The notes under the pieces are model-generated. The model worked only from the letters and a program-made list of their open reading frames with translations, had not been told where the DNA came from and did no database searches. Both the position numbers and the translations under genes were made by a program. This document shows, in pieces, positions 1-9,042 of a DNA stretch of 64,000 bases. This stretch comes from an uncultured Verrucomicrobiae bacterium. GTDB lineage: Bacteria; Verrucomicrobiota; Verrucomicrobiia; Chthoniobacterales; JAATET01. The stretch covers positions 215,724 through 279,723 of the forward strand of contig CAWDOJ010000003.1 of NCBI GenBank assembly GCA_963803825.1, written 5' to 3'. Numbering within the stretch: the stretch's first letter is position 1; every line of letters starts with the position of its first letter.

Positions 1-212
1 CCAGGTTCGTCGCCGTGGATGCCGGCGGAGACGTAGATCCAACGCTGGTCCGGCTGCGGGCGCTTGGATTCGGCGTAGTGCAGGGGGAAGCCAGAGGCTT
101 CGCCGAACTTCCTCAAGACGAGCGGCGTCGTGCGAATCGCGGCGCGCCAGCGGCGGATGAGATGTCGATAGTGGTGCGCTCGGTCGTGGCGCAGCGCGGG
201 GAACTTCGGCAT
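1..212 (-). CDS. partial CDS (N-terminal ~70 codons, continues past window start): M14-like zinc peptidase / succinylglutamate desuccinylase-aspartoacylase superfamily
   Basis: Not in the ORF track because there is no stop in the window. ATG at 212-210, 5 nt after the aguB stop. Minus-strand translation: MPKFPALRHDRAHHYRHLIRRWRAAIRTTPLVLRKFGEASGFPLHYAESKRPQPDQRWIYVSAGIHGDEP. SAGIHGDEP resembles the HxxE zinc-ligand motif of that superfamily. Confidence 0.45.
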   Translation of the reverse strand, partial: MPKFPALRHDRAHHYRHLIRRWRAAIRTTPLVLRKFGEASGFPLHYAESKRPQPDQRWIYVSAGIHGDEP

Positions 213-217
213 CTGCC

Positions 218-1108
218 TTAGTCGATGAGCCGTCGGGTGATCTCTCCGTAGGCGTCAATGCGCCGGTCGCGGAGGAACGGCCAGTGGGTGCGCTGGGTGT
301 CGACGGCATCGAGGTCGACCTCCGTCACGAGGATGGCCTCGTTGTCGACGGGAGCCTGGTCGAGCACGATGCCGGAGGGGTCACAGACGAAGGACTGACC
401 CCAGAACTCGATGCCGTCGCCGCCGATGGGAGTCTCGAGGCCCACGCGATTGGGCGCGGCGACGTAGCAACCATTGGCGACGGCGTGGCCGCGTTGAACG
501 GTCTCCCAGGCCGAGTGCTGGCGGGCACCGTGTTCGGATTTCTCGGAGGGATGCCAGCCGATGGCGGTCGGGTAGAAAAGGATCTGAGCGCCGCGCAGGG
601 CGGTGAGGCGGGCGGCTTCGGGATACCATTGATCCCAGCAGATCAGGACGCCGATGCGCCCATACTTCGTGTCGTAGGCTTGGAAGCCGAGGTCGCCGGG
701 AGTGAAGTAGAATTTTTCGTAGAAGAGCGGATCATCCGGGATGTGCATCTTGCGGTACTTCCCGAGGTAGGCTCCGTCGGCGTCGATGACGGCGGCGGTG
801 TTGTGGTAGACGCCGGGGGCACGCCGCTCGAAGAGGGAGGCGATGATGACGACGCCGAGTTCAGCGGCGAGGCCGGCGAAGACTTCGGTCGTCGGGCCGG
901 GAACGGACTCGGCGAGTTTGAAGTTCTCGTGATCTTCGCTCTGGCAGAAGTAGGGCGTGAGGAAGAGTTCCTGCAGGCAGACGATGCGGGCACCGCGCTC
1001 GGCGGCGGCCCGGATACCGCGCTCGGCGGTGGCGAGATTCTCGGAGGGATCGGCGGCGCTGCGGCTCTGGACGAGCCCGATTTTGACTTTTCCGGATGTG
1101 ACGGACAT
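218..1108 (-). CDS. aguB: N-carbamoylputrescine amidase (carbon-nitrogen hydrolase family)
   Basis: 296-aa ORF. CN-hydrolase catalytic context is present (CLQELF, YRKMHIP, ICWDQWYPE). FYPTAIGW and FWGQSF blocks are typical of AguB along the full length. Confidence 0.85.
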   Translation of the reverse strand: MSVTSGKVKIGLVQSRSAADPSENLATAERGIRAAAERGARIVCLQELFLTPYFCQSEDHENFKLAESVPGPTTEVFAGLAAELGVVIIASLFERRAPGVYHNTAAVIDADGAYLGKYRKMHIPDDPLFYEKFYFTPGDLGFQAYDTKYGRIGVLICWDQWYPEAARLTALRGAQILFYPTAIGWHPSEKSEHGARQHSAWETVQRGHAVANGCYVAAPNRVGLETPIGGDGIEFWGQSFVCDPSGIVLDQAPVDNEAILVTEVDLDAVDTQRTHWPFLRDRRIDAYGEITRRLID

Positions 1109-1209
1109 GGGTGGGAAGGTAGCCTAGCTGCGAAGAGGCGCAAAAGGCTCAAAATGATGAAGTGCTCGGCGGGTGGAGTCTGGACTCGAATCGCGGGGGA
1201 GTGGGGCTT

Positions 1210-1818
1210 ATGAGTTCTGGGATGAGCGCACTCCCGAAAGTCGAAGATCACCGCAGCCCGGACCACCCCATCGAGCCGCTGATCTGGCAACGCTGGTCGC
1301 CGCGGGCGATGAGCGGTGAGCCGGTGGCGGAGGCGGACCTGCTCGCGTGCTTCGAGGCGGCTCGATGGGCACCTTCGACCTACAATGAACAAGAGTGGCG
1401 ATTCCTTTTCGCCCGCCGGGGAGAAGACCAGTGGCCCCACTTCTTCGATCTTCTCGCCGGAGCGAACCAAGCCTGGGCGAAGAACGCCGGTGTGCTCGTC
1501 GTGGTCCTGGCGGCGAAGACGTTTGCCCGAAACGGCAAGCCAAACCCCGTGCACCTCTACGACGTCGGCGCGGCTTGGCAGAACGCGGCGTTGCAAGCGA
1601 CCGCGCTGGGGCTCGTGGCTCACGGGATGTCGGGCTTCGACTACGAACGGGCAGCGAAGGATCTGGGGGTGCCGGACGATTTCGCCGTGGCGGCGATGTT
1701 TGCGCTGGGGCACCCGGGCGACCCGAACGAGTTGCCGGAGGATTACCAGGAGATCGAAAAACCTTCGGGTCGGCGACCGGTGTCGGAAAGCATCTGCGAA
1801 GGGCAATGGGCATTCTGA
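1210..1818 (+). CDS. nitroreductase family protein
   Basis: Track ORF 1162-1818; start placed at ATG 1210 (uncertain). WSPRAMSGEPV...FEAARWAPSTYNEQEWRF and the GMSGFD region are typical of the nitroreductase fold. Confidence 0.75.
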   Translation: MSSGMSALPKVEDHRSPDHPIEPLIWQRWSPRAMSGEPVAEADLLACFEAARWAPSTYNEQEWRFLFARRGEDQWPHFFDLLAGANQAWAKNAGVLVVVLAAKTFARNGKPNPVHLYDVGAAWQNAALQATALGLVAHGMSGFDYERAAKDLGVPDDFAVAAMFALGHPGDPNELPEDYQEIEKPSGRRPVSESICEGQWAF

Positions 1819-1980
1819 ATCCGATCGCGTTGAATTTGGTAATACTTGCCGGGCCGGGCGGGGATCGGCGATGCGGAGTGTGACCCCGAAGTTACCGTCG
1901 CTTCCAGCGAGAGGAGCAAATCATCACCGTTTTGTGCGTTTGGTTTACCGCACTCACCCGAATGACGCGACCTGTTCGCT

Positions 1981-2739
1981 TCAGCGGATGATGCCGCGCT
2001 GGCTGGAGTCGATGAAGTCGAGCAGGTGGGTGAGCTCGGCGGGGGGATCGTCGAAGGCTCGGAGGATCTCGACGCTCTGGCGGACGTTGGCGTTGGTGCG
2101 GTAGAGCTGCTTGTAGGCCTCGCGGAGGGCGCGGGTCGTCTCGGGCGGGAAGCCGCGGCGTTCCAGGCCGACTTGATTGATGCCACGGACCTCGGCGGGA
2201 TTGCCGTCGGCGATCATGAAGGGGGGGACGTCCTGGACGATCTTCGTGCAGCCGCCGGTGATGGAGTGGCGGCCGATGCGGCAGAATTGGTGGACACCGG
2301 AGAGGCCGCCGATGACGGCGTGGTCCTCGACGATGACGTGGCCGGCGAGGGTGCCGTTGTTCGAAAAAATGACGTGGTCGCCGACGGTGCAGTCGTGGGC
2401 AACGTGGGAGTAGGCCAAGAAGTTGCCGTGGCTGCCGATGGTCGTCTTCGATCCCGGGGCCGTGCCACGGTTGAGGGTGCAGAATTCCCGGAAAGAATTG
2501 TGGTCGCCGATCTCGAGGTGGGTGGGTTCCTCGGTGTATTTCAGATCTTGACTGCGCTGGCCGACCGAGCAGTAGGGGAAGATGACGTTGTGCGAGCCGA
2601 TGGTGGTCGGCCCGGCGATGCTGACGTGGTTGTGGATCGTGCAGTGTGGGCCGATTCTGACGTTGGGGCCGATGTAAGTGAACGGTCCGACGGTGGTGGT
2701 CGGGTCGATCTCGGCGGTGGGGTCGATGAAGGAGTTCAT
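1981..2739 (-). CDS. lpxA: acyl-ACP--UDP-N-acetylglucosamine O-acyltransferase
   Basis: Left-handed beta-helix hexapeptide repeats from MNSFIDPTAEIDP, followed by an LpxA-type C-terminal helical domain (GLERRGF...LREAYKQLYR). Start moved to ATG 2739; the 46-aa upstream extension in the track ORF looks non-coding. Confidence 0.9.
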   Translation of the reverse strand: MNSFIDPTAEIDPTTTVGPFTYIGPNVRIGPHCTIHNHVSIAGPTTIGSHNVIFPYCSVGQRSQDLKYTEEPTHLEIGDHNSFREFCTLNRGTAPGSKTTIGSHGNFLAYSHVAHDCTVGDHVIFSNNGTLAGHVIVEDHAVIGGLSGVHQFCRIGRHSITGGCTKIVQDVPPFMIADGNPAEVRGINQVGLERRGFPPETTRALREAYKQLYRTNANVRQSVEILRAFDDPPAELTHLLDFIDSSQRGIIR

Positions 2740-2807
2740 GGTTGAAAGTTGGTCGGTCAGAATCGCTGACCCGCCTTCGGGGCCCGCAGACTCGAGACCA
2801 TCGACGG

Positions 2808-4109
2808 TTATCGATCCACGATCCCGAAGAGGAGCGTTCCTGACGAAACGACCGTGCCGTTGACGAGGCATTTGCATTCGGCTTTGCCGAGGCGCTTCTT
2901 GGCGGTGGTGAGATTGACGTCGATGATGAGGACGTCGCCGGGGAAGACGGGTTTGCGGAATTTGATGTCGTCGGCGCTCATGAAGTAGCCGATCTTGCCC
3001 TCGTTCTCGGTGCGCCGCATCATCACGATGCTGGCGACTTGGGCCATGGCTTCGACCTGGAGGACGCCGGGCATGACGGGATGGCCGGGGAAATGTCCTT
3101 GGAAGTAGGGTTCGTTGATCGTGACCGATTTCGTTCCGACGGCGCGAAGTTCTTCCAGCTCGACGATGCGGTCGACCATGAGGAAGGGGTATCGATGCGG
3201 GAGGATCGCCATGATCTGGTTGATGTCCAGCACGTTGCCGTGGGCGATGACGGGACGGGCGGCGGGGGCGGTGAGGGCGTCAAATTTTTTGACCATCGCG
3301 CGGGCGAGGTCGGCGTTGGGGCCATGGCCGGGCTTGACGGCGACCACGTGGCCTTGGAGGCGGTGTCCGGCGAGCGCGAGGTCGCCGATGATATCGAGGA
3401 TCTTGTGGCGGACGAATTCGTCGGGGTATCGCAGCGGCTCCTTGCTCAGGACGGAATCGCCGCGGGCGACGATGGCGTTCTCGATGCTGCCACCGCGGAT
3501 GAGGCCCTTGTCCATGAGGGGCTGGACGTCCTCGTAGAAGACAAAGGTGCGGGCGGCGGCGATCTCGGTCTCGTAGATCTCGGGGGTGATCTCGGTGCTG
3601 TGGTATTGGGTGAAGCGTCCGTCGGGGCCGACTTGGGTGCAGGAGATGCGGAACTTGTCGTCGGGGAGGATGGTGAGAATCGAACCGTTCTTGGTCTCGA
3701 CGTGGATGGGGTCGGTGGGGGCGAAGACGAGGCGGGCGGCGTCTTGTTCGACGGTGCCAACTTCCTTGATGATGCGGACAAATTCTCCCGCGCTGCCGTC
3801 GCAGATGGGGGGTTCGTTCGCGTCCATGTCGACGAGGCAATTATCGACTCCCAGGCCGGCCAGGGCGGAGAGGACGTGCTCGACGGTGTGGATCTTGGCG
3901 TTGCCCTGGATGAGGGTGGTGGCTCGCTCGACGAACCTAACGTTAGCGACGCGGGCGTCGACGACGGGGGAGTCGGGGAGATCGGTGCGGCGAAATTTGT
4001 AGCCGTGGCCGACGGGCGCGGGCTGCAGCGTGATCGTGACGTTTTCCCCGGTGTGAAGGGAGCTGCCGGTCAGGCTGGCTGGGGCGGCGAGGGTTCGTTG
4101 TTTTTCCAC
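2808..4109 (-). CDS. lpxC-fabZ: bifunctional UDP-3-O-acyl-GlcNAc deacetylase / 3-hydroxyacyl-ACP dehydratase (LpxC-FabZ fusion)
   Basis: 433 aa. The N-terminal part looks like LpxC (SLHTGENVTITLQP, HTVEHVLSAL, HKILDIIGDLAL). The C-terminal part looks like FabZ (LPHRYPFLMVDRI, YFQGHFPGHPVMPGVL). GTG start at 4109. Confidence 0.9.
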   Translation of the reverse strand: MEKQRTLAAPASLTGSSLHTGENVTITLQPAPVGHGYKFRRTDLPDSPVVDARVANVRFVERATTLIQGNAKIHTVEHVLSALAGLGVDNCLVDMDANEPPICDGSAGEFVRIIKEVGTVEQDAARLVFAPTDPIHVETKNGSILTILPDDKFRISCTQVGPDGRFTQYHSTEITPEIYETEIAAARTFVFYEDVQPLMDKGLIRGGSIENAIVARGDSVLSKEPLRYPDEFVRHKILDIIGDLALAGHRLQGHVVAVKPGHGPNADLARAMVKKFDALTAPAARPVIAHGNVLDINQIMAILPHRYPFLMVDRIVELEELRAVGTKSVTINEPYFQGHFPGHPVMPGVLQVEAMAQVASIVMMRRTENEGKIGYFMSADDIKFRKPVFPGDVLIIDVNLTTAKKRLGKAECKCLVNGTVVSSGTLLFGIVDR

Positions 4110-4145
4110 TAAATCCTTGGGTTGGAGACGGTCCCGGTGGGCCGG

Positions 4146-4670
4146 TCACCCTTCGGAAGCGGAGGAGTCTTTGTGACCGAGGACGATGAGGTCGAGATAT
4201 TTCTGATTGCCGGCGCGCAGACGGTTGACCAACGAGCGACCGATGGCGGCCAGGAGGTGAATCGCGGCACCGGGTTTGACCCCGGCGAGGACGCTGAGGA
4301 CCATGCGGCTGATCTGGATCGTCTGCGTGGGTTCCATGGCGACGACGGTCGCCGAGCGGGGGCCGTCGTCGACGAGGGCAAGCTCTCCGAAGAAGTCGCC
4401 GTTGGAGAGTTCCGCGAGATCGATCTCGCGGTCTTGGCTGGAGTAGTGCACGCGGACCCGGCCGCTGATGATGACGTACATGGCGTGGCCCGCTTCTTCA
4501 CCCTGCGTGACGATCTTCTCGCCGACGGCGTAGTTGACCGAGTCGCAGAGGTTCAGGACGGCAGCGAGTTCGTCCTCCTTAAATCCGGCGAAGAGTCGGA
4601 ATTTCGAGAGGACCTCGCTTTGACAGGAGGGCTTGAGGGGCGGATCGCAGGGCGGTTGGGAGTCAGGCAT
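4146..4670 (-). CDS. cyclic nucleotide-binding (CAP_ED) domain protein, 174 aa
   Basis: Start at ATG 4670 inside track ORF 4146-4904. LFAGFKEDELAAVL...GDFFGELALVDDGPRSATVVA is the canonical cNMP-binding cassette. It overlaps the upstream ABC ATPase stop by 8 nt. Confidence 0.7.
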   Translation of the reverse strand: MPDSQPPCDPPLKPSCQSEVLSKFRLFAGFKEDELAAVLNLCDSVNYAVGEKIVTQGEEAGHAMYVIISGRVRVHYSSQDREIDLAELSNGDFFGELALVDDGPRSATVVAMEPTQTIQISRMVLSVLAGVKPGAAIHLLAAIGRSLVNRLRAGNQKYLDLIVLGHKDSSASEG

Positions 4671-5331
4671 GGGTGATGCGGCCGTCGAGCAGCTCGATTC
4701 TGCGAGGGACCAGGGCGGCAACCTCTTCGCTGTGGGTGACCATAACCATCGTGGCGAGATTTTTGGAAGCGACTTCTGTGAGGGTGTCGAGGACGCGGTG
4801 AGCGTTTGCGGTGTCGAGATTGCCGGTGGGTTCGTCCGCGAGGAGGAGCGTGGGGCGGTGGACGAGGGCGCGGGCGATGGCAGCGCGTTGCATTTCGCCG
4901 CCACTGAGCTGGTGGGGGAAATGCCCGGCGCGGGGGGCGAGACCGACGAGGTCGAGGAGCTCAGCGGCGCGGTCGCGCATCTCGGCGCGGGGAGCGCCCT
5001 GGAGGAGCAGGGGGAGTTCGACGTTCTCGGCGATGGTCATGGCTGGGAGAAGATTGAAAAATTGAAACACGATCCCGAGGTGATGGCGGCGGTAGTGGGT
5101 GAGGTCGGCTTCGGTGGCCGCGTGCAGGGAAAAATCGCCGACGTCGATGGTGCCGGAGTCGGGATGGTCGAGGCCGCCGAGGAGATTGAGCAGGGTGCTT
5201 TTGCCGCAGCCGCTGGGTCCGGTGACCGCGACAAATTCGTGATCGGGGATGTTGAGCGTGAGGTCGTCGAGGGCGTGGACCTCGGCGGTGCCGGTGCGGT
5301 AGGTGCGGGTGACGTGGGTGAGCTGGATCAC
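4663..5331 (-). CDS. ABC transporter ATP-binding protein, LolD/MacB/FtsE-like (COG1136 type)
   Basis: Walker [10 protein letters not shown], signature LSGGEMQR, Walker B LLLADEPT, and a [16 protein letters not shown] block. GTG start at 5331. No permease gene is adjacent. Confidence 0.85.
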   Translation of the reverse strand: MIQLTHVTRTYRTGTAEVHALDDLTLNIPDHEFVAVTGPSGCGKSTLLNLLGGLDHPDSGTIDVGDFSLHAATEADLTHYRRHHLGIVFQFFNLLPAMTIAENVELPLLLQGAPRAEMRDRAAELLDLVGLAPRAGHFPHQLSGGEMQRAAIARALVHRPTLLLADEPTGNLDTANAHRVLDTLTEVASKNLATMVMVTHSEEVAALVPRRIELLDGRITHA

Positions 5332-5384
5332 GGGTTGAAAGTTTCTGGGTTTTGAAGTTCAGAACTTCAGAAGTTGGTGAGTTG

Positions 5385-6122
5385 ATGCTGGGTGTGAGGT
5401 TTACGATTGTCGATGAGACGGAGGAACTACTCGTCGTGGATAAGGCGGCAGGGGTGCTGATTCATCCCACGACGCCGGGTGGGCCGCGGACGATGTGGGA
5501 CGACGCACGGGATCTGCTGGCCTACGAGATCGCGAACGGAGGTCAGGTGTCGATCATCAATCGGCTGGATCGGGAGACGAGTGGCTTGGTGCTGCTGGCC
5601 AAGACGGCGGCGGCGGCGCGGGAGGCGGCGATGGCGATGGCGGCGGGAAAGGTGCGGAAGGAATACCGTGCCCTCGTCTTCGGTTGGCCAGAATGGGAGC
5701 GACTGGACGTCGAGGCACCGTTGCGACGGGCGGGGGAAGTCGAAGAGTCGCGGATCTGGTTGAAGCGCGGGGTGCATCCCGGTGGCGCGGATGCCCGGAC
5801 GGGGCTGGAGGTGCTGGAGCAGGCCGAGTGGTCTGGGGGGCGTCAGGTGGCGCTGGTGCGGGCGAGGCCGACGACGGGGCGAACGCACCAGATCCGCGTG
5901 CATCTGGCCCACGTGGGGTCTCCCGTCGTCGGGGACAAAATCTACGGTCCGGACGAAGGTTGGTATCTGCGCTTCATCGAAGACGGGTGGACCGAAAAAA
6001 TGGCAGAAGCGTTGTGGCTGCCCCGGCACGCGTTGCACTCGGCCGGCCTGGCAATCGAGTGGCGGGGCGATTGGCGAGAATGGGTGGGGACACCGGTTGG
6101 GACCGAGATGAGCGATTGGTGA
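5385..6122 (+). CDS. RluA-family pseudouridine synthase
   Basis: LLVVDKAAGVLIHP and the NRLDRETSGLVLLAK catalytic Asp motif, plus GRTHQIRVHL. The start is either ATG 5385 or 5352. Confidence 0.8.
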   Translation: MLGVRFTIVDETEELLVVDKAAGVLIHPTTPGGPRTMWDDARDLLAYEIANGGQVSIINRLDRETSGLVLLAKTAAAAREAAMAMAAGKVRKEYRALVFGWPEWERLDVEAPLRRAGEVEESRIWLKRGVHPGGADARTGLEVLEQAEWSGGRQVALVRARPTTGRTHQIRVHLAHVGSPVVGDKIYGPDEGWYLRFIEDGWTEKMAEALWLPRHALHSAGLAIEWRGDWREWVGTPVGTEMSDW

Positions 6123-6203
6123 TCGTCTGGCGACGGGATCGATGGTCGACGCTCAGATCCAGAAGATCGGCCAGGGAGATCGGAAGGGTTCGAGCGTCGC
6201 TCG

Positions 6204-7700
6204 TTATCGAGCTGCGGTCTGCTCGGGTGGAACGCTGGGTTGCCAGGAGTCGCGGGCGGGGGCGTGGTTGCGATTGCCGCGAAGGGAGCCGAGGTAGGCG
6301 ACGAGGGCGGTGGTCTCGTCGGGGCTGAGATTCTTCGCGTAGGCGGGCATGTTGCCGCCGCCTTGGAGGACTTGGCGGGTGAGCTGCGGCTGGGTGAGGC
6401 GAGTGCCGACGGTCGCTAGGTCGGGTCCGCGGTGTCCGCCGATGCCTTCGATGGCGTGGCAGGCGCGGCATTGCTTGTTCTGGAACACGGCGGAGCCAGC
6501 GAGCTCGAGCGGGGTCCGGTTTTTGATGAAGTTCGCGGGCGTGACGGCACCGGACCAAGCGTCCATGTCGGGCGACCACGGGGAGGTTTTTCCGAGGTAG
6601 GTGAGGAGGCCGAGGACGAGGAAGGTGAGGATGACAACGACGACGGAGACGGGGCGGCGACGCCAGTACTTCTCGCCGGTGCCGAGGACAAACGGGAGGG
6701 CGAAGAGGATCGCGATGACGACGGGCGCGCCGCCGAGGAGGACGACGGTCTCGAGCCACTCGGGGAGGAGGGCGGCAATGGCAAAGACCCAGAGGAAAAA
6801 GAAATCGGGGCGTGGGAGAATGTTGATGATCGTCGGGTCGGGCGGGACGGCGGGGCCCTTCGCGCCGAAGAGAACGGCGGCGAGGAAAATGCCAAAGACG
6901 ACGACGGCGCTAGCGACGACGTCCTTGTCGACCGCGTCGGGGAAAAACGGGACGCCTTCTTTCTTGAGGAGGTCTTTGTAGTGCTGGTCGTAGGTCGCCT
7001 TTTTCACGAGCACGCCGGGGACCGGGTATTCGTTGATGCCTTTGGTGAGGACCATCCGGAGGTGGAGGCTGATGAGGGCAATGATCGTGCCGGGGATCAC
7101 GAAGACGTGCAGGGCGAAGAAACGCGAGAGCGTCTCGCCGGCGATGATCGGGCCGCCGAGCATGAGGTGGACGAGCCCCTCACCGATGAACGGGACGCGG
7201 CCCGCGATGGCGGCGCCGATGCCGAGGCCCCAGTAAGCATCGGCGTCGAAGCGGAGGACCTGACCGGTGAAGGCCATGCCGAGGACGAGGAAGAGAAGGA
7301 TGCAGCCGGAGAGCCAGGTGATCTCGCGTGGGTATTTGAAGGCTCCCCAGAGGAAGACTTGGGTCATGTGGAGGATCATGATCGCGACCATGAAGTTCGA
7401 TCCCCAGAAATGGACGGCGCGCAGGAACCAACCGAGATCCTGCTGGTAGGTGATGTATTCGAGCGTACCGAACGCCTCGGCACCGGACGGGACGTAGACG
7501 AGCGCGAGCAGGACGCCGGTGAGGACCTGGATGATGAAGCAGGTGAGCGTGGCGCTGCCGAAGACGTAGAACCAACTCCCGGCGTTCTTCGGGACGTGGT
7601 GACCGGCGGTGGCCTCCCAGATCTTCGTCACGTGCAGCCGGTCGTCGACCCAGTTGTAGAGGTCGAGGACGGGCTTGGTGAGGCGCTGCTTGGCGTTCAT
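6204..7700 (-). CDS. cytochrome b (b plus subunit IV-like region) fused to a C-terminal monoheme cytochrome c domain
   Basis: Start at ATG 7700 (MNAKQRL...). Cytochrome b blocks are present (WFYVFGSATL, RAVHFWGSNFMV, FFALHVFVIP). The C-terminus carries a CRACH heme-c motif with GGGNMPAY. The upstream 70 aa of track ORF 6204-7910 overlap the Rieske gene. Confidence 0.85.
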   Translation of the reverse strand: MNAKQRLTKPVLDLYNWVDDRLHVTKIWEATAGHHVPKNAGSWFYVFGSATLTCFIIQVLTGVLLALVYVPSGAEAFGTLEYITYQQDLGWFLRAVHFWGSNFMVAIMILHMTQVFLWGAFKYPREITWLSGCILLFLVLGMAFTGQVLRFDADAYWGLGIGAAIAGRVPFIGEGLVHLMLGGPIIAGETLSRFFALHVFVIPGTIIALISLHLRMVLTKGINEYPVPGVLVKKATYDQHYKDLLKKEGVPFFPDAVDKDVVASAVVVFGIFLAAVLFGAKGPAVPPDPTIINILPRPDFFFLWVFAIAALLPEWLETVVLLGGAPVVIAILFALPFVLGTGEKYWRRRPVSVVVVILTFLVLGLLTYLGKTSPWSPDMDAWSGAVTPANFIKNRTPLELAGSAVFQNKQCRACHAIEGIGGHRGPDLATVGTRLTQPQLTRQVLQGGGNMPAYAKNLSPDETTALVAYLGSLRGNRNHAPARDSWQPSVPPEQTAAR

Positions 7701-7702
7701 GC

Positions 7703-8269
7703 TCAGACCTCGGTGTTGGCGAGGGTCGGGAGGACGCCGCCTTTGACCCAGAGGGCGTTGGATTCGACCTTGTGCTCGTATTCGTAGAGGCCGCGCGGGG
7801 GTGGGCCGGCGGCGTAGGAGCCGTCTTGGTAGTAGGCGCCGCCGTGGCAGGGGCAGAGGAAGAGCTTGGATTCTTCGAACCAGCGGACGGGGCAACCAAG
7901 GTGAGCGCAATTGATGGCAAACACTTGGAAGAGTTGCTCGCCCTCCTGCTCGTAGTGGCGGACCCAGCAGGGGAGGTCTGCCGTTTGGCCATCCCAGGTG
8001 CGGGCTTCAGGATTGCGGTAGCTGGCGAGTCGGGTGGTGTTGACGGGGAATTTCTCGATCTCACCGAGGTTGATCCACTCGAGCGGCATCTTCTTGGCGA
8101 AGGACGAGAGGGCGTAACCGAGCAGCGGCACGCCAATCATCGCTCCAGCAACGACGTTGAGGCCGAGGCCGACCTTGAGCATGAGGTCGCGGCGGGTGGT
8201 TTTTTCCGGGCCGAGGGCGGCGGGTGGTGTGGTGCTGCCGCAGCAGGGTTTTGGGTCGTCGGGGTTCAT
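7703..8269 (-). CDS. Rieske 2Fe-2S subunit of the cytochrome bc complex
   Basis: Start at ATG 8269 (MNPDDPKP...). Rieske boxes CAHLGCP and CPCHGG are present. ATGA overlap with the upstream cytochrome c gene; stop lies 2 nt before the cytochrome b start. Confidence 0.85.
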   Translation of the reverse strand: MNPDDPKPCCGSTTPPAALGPEKTTRRDLMLKVGLGLNVVAGAMIGVPLLGYALSSFAKKMPLEWINLGEIEKFPVNTTRLASYRNPEARTWDGQTADLPCWVRHYEQEGEQLFQVFAINCAHLGCPVRWFEESKLFLCPCHGGAYYQDGSYAAGPPPRGLYEYEHKVESNALWVKGGVLPTLANTEV

Positions 8270-9042
8270 GGTTGCGGCGGGGCGGATGGTGGAAGTGCGG
8301 CTTCGCCGTAGGGTTGGGTCGGCGATTGCAAATCGCCGTTCCTTGAGGGTTGCAAGGCGGACTTCGGCGGCTGGAAGCCGCCGCTCCTTGAAGTGGATTC
8401 GCTGCGGTGGGAGGCCATCCAGGCGACTAGGTTGGCGACTTCGGGGTCGGTGAGGTTGCTGGGGGGCATGCCGAGCTTCGGGCGGCCGACGATGGTGACG
8501 GTGCGGAGGTATTGGTCGCTGACCAGACCGAGGTAGGCGGGGGTGAGGATAGAGCCGGCGGTGCCGCCGTGGCCATCCGGACCGTGGCAGGTGGCGCAAT
8601 TTGCCGCGTAGGCGGTGGCTCCGGCGGCGATGTCGCCAAGGGGGGCTTCGTAGGGTGGGAGATTCGCCGGAGCCTGCCCCGTGCGCCAGGCGAGGATGCC
8701 TTCGACGAGGGCGTCGATCTGGTTGGGGGCGAGCTGGCCGCCATTGGCTTGCGCGAAGCCGGGCATGAGGGTGCCGGGGATGCCGTTCGCAGTGACGGTG
8801 CGAAGTTTTTCCTCGGGGATGAAGTGCAGGTAAAGCGGGAAATTCATCGGCAGCGACGCCGCGATCGTGTCGCCGTTGCCGTGGCAAGCGAGGCAATTTT
8901 GGCTGTAGAGCGTGTGAAAGTCGGTGATGGCGGATTCGGGTTTCCACTCGCCGCCCGCTTTCGGTGCGCCGGGCATCCAGTCACAGCTGGTGAGGGAAAG
9001 CAGACTGCAAAATACGGAGAGCTGAAGGACGCGGCGGATCAT
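8266..9042 (-). CDS. diheme c-type cytochrome lipoprotein
   Basis: Start at ATG 9042 (MIRRVLQLSVFCSLLSLTSC, a lipobox). Two CxxCH motifs (CLACH, CATCH). ATGA overlap at both ends. Confidence 0.8.
   Translation of the reverse strand: MIRRVLQLSVFCSLLSLTSCDWMPGAPKAGGEWKPESAITDFHTLYSQNCLACHGNGDTIAASLPMNFPLYLHFIPEEKLRTVTANGIPGTLMPGFAQANGGQLAPNQIDALVEGILAWRTGQAPANLPPYEAPLGDIAAGATAYAANCATCHGPDGHGGTAGSILTPAYLGLVSDQYLRTVTIVGRPKLGMPPSNLTDPEVANLVAWMASHRSESTSRSGGFQPPKSALQPSRNGDLQSPTQPYGEAALPPSAPPQP

Noticed and set aside
284-1213. Long plus-strand ORF (309 aa) opposite aguB. Many similar ORFs occur elsewhere, e.g. 643-1806, 3039-4112, 6432-7787, 23818-25146, 41997-43349, 59400-61010 and 61146-62249.
   Set aside because: These are antisense or off-frame shadow ORFs typical of high-GC DNA. 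Their translations are Gly/Ala/Arg/Pro/Asp-rich low complexity, while the other strand or frame encodes a clearly recognisable conserved protein.
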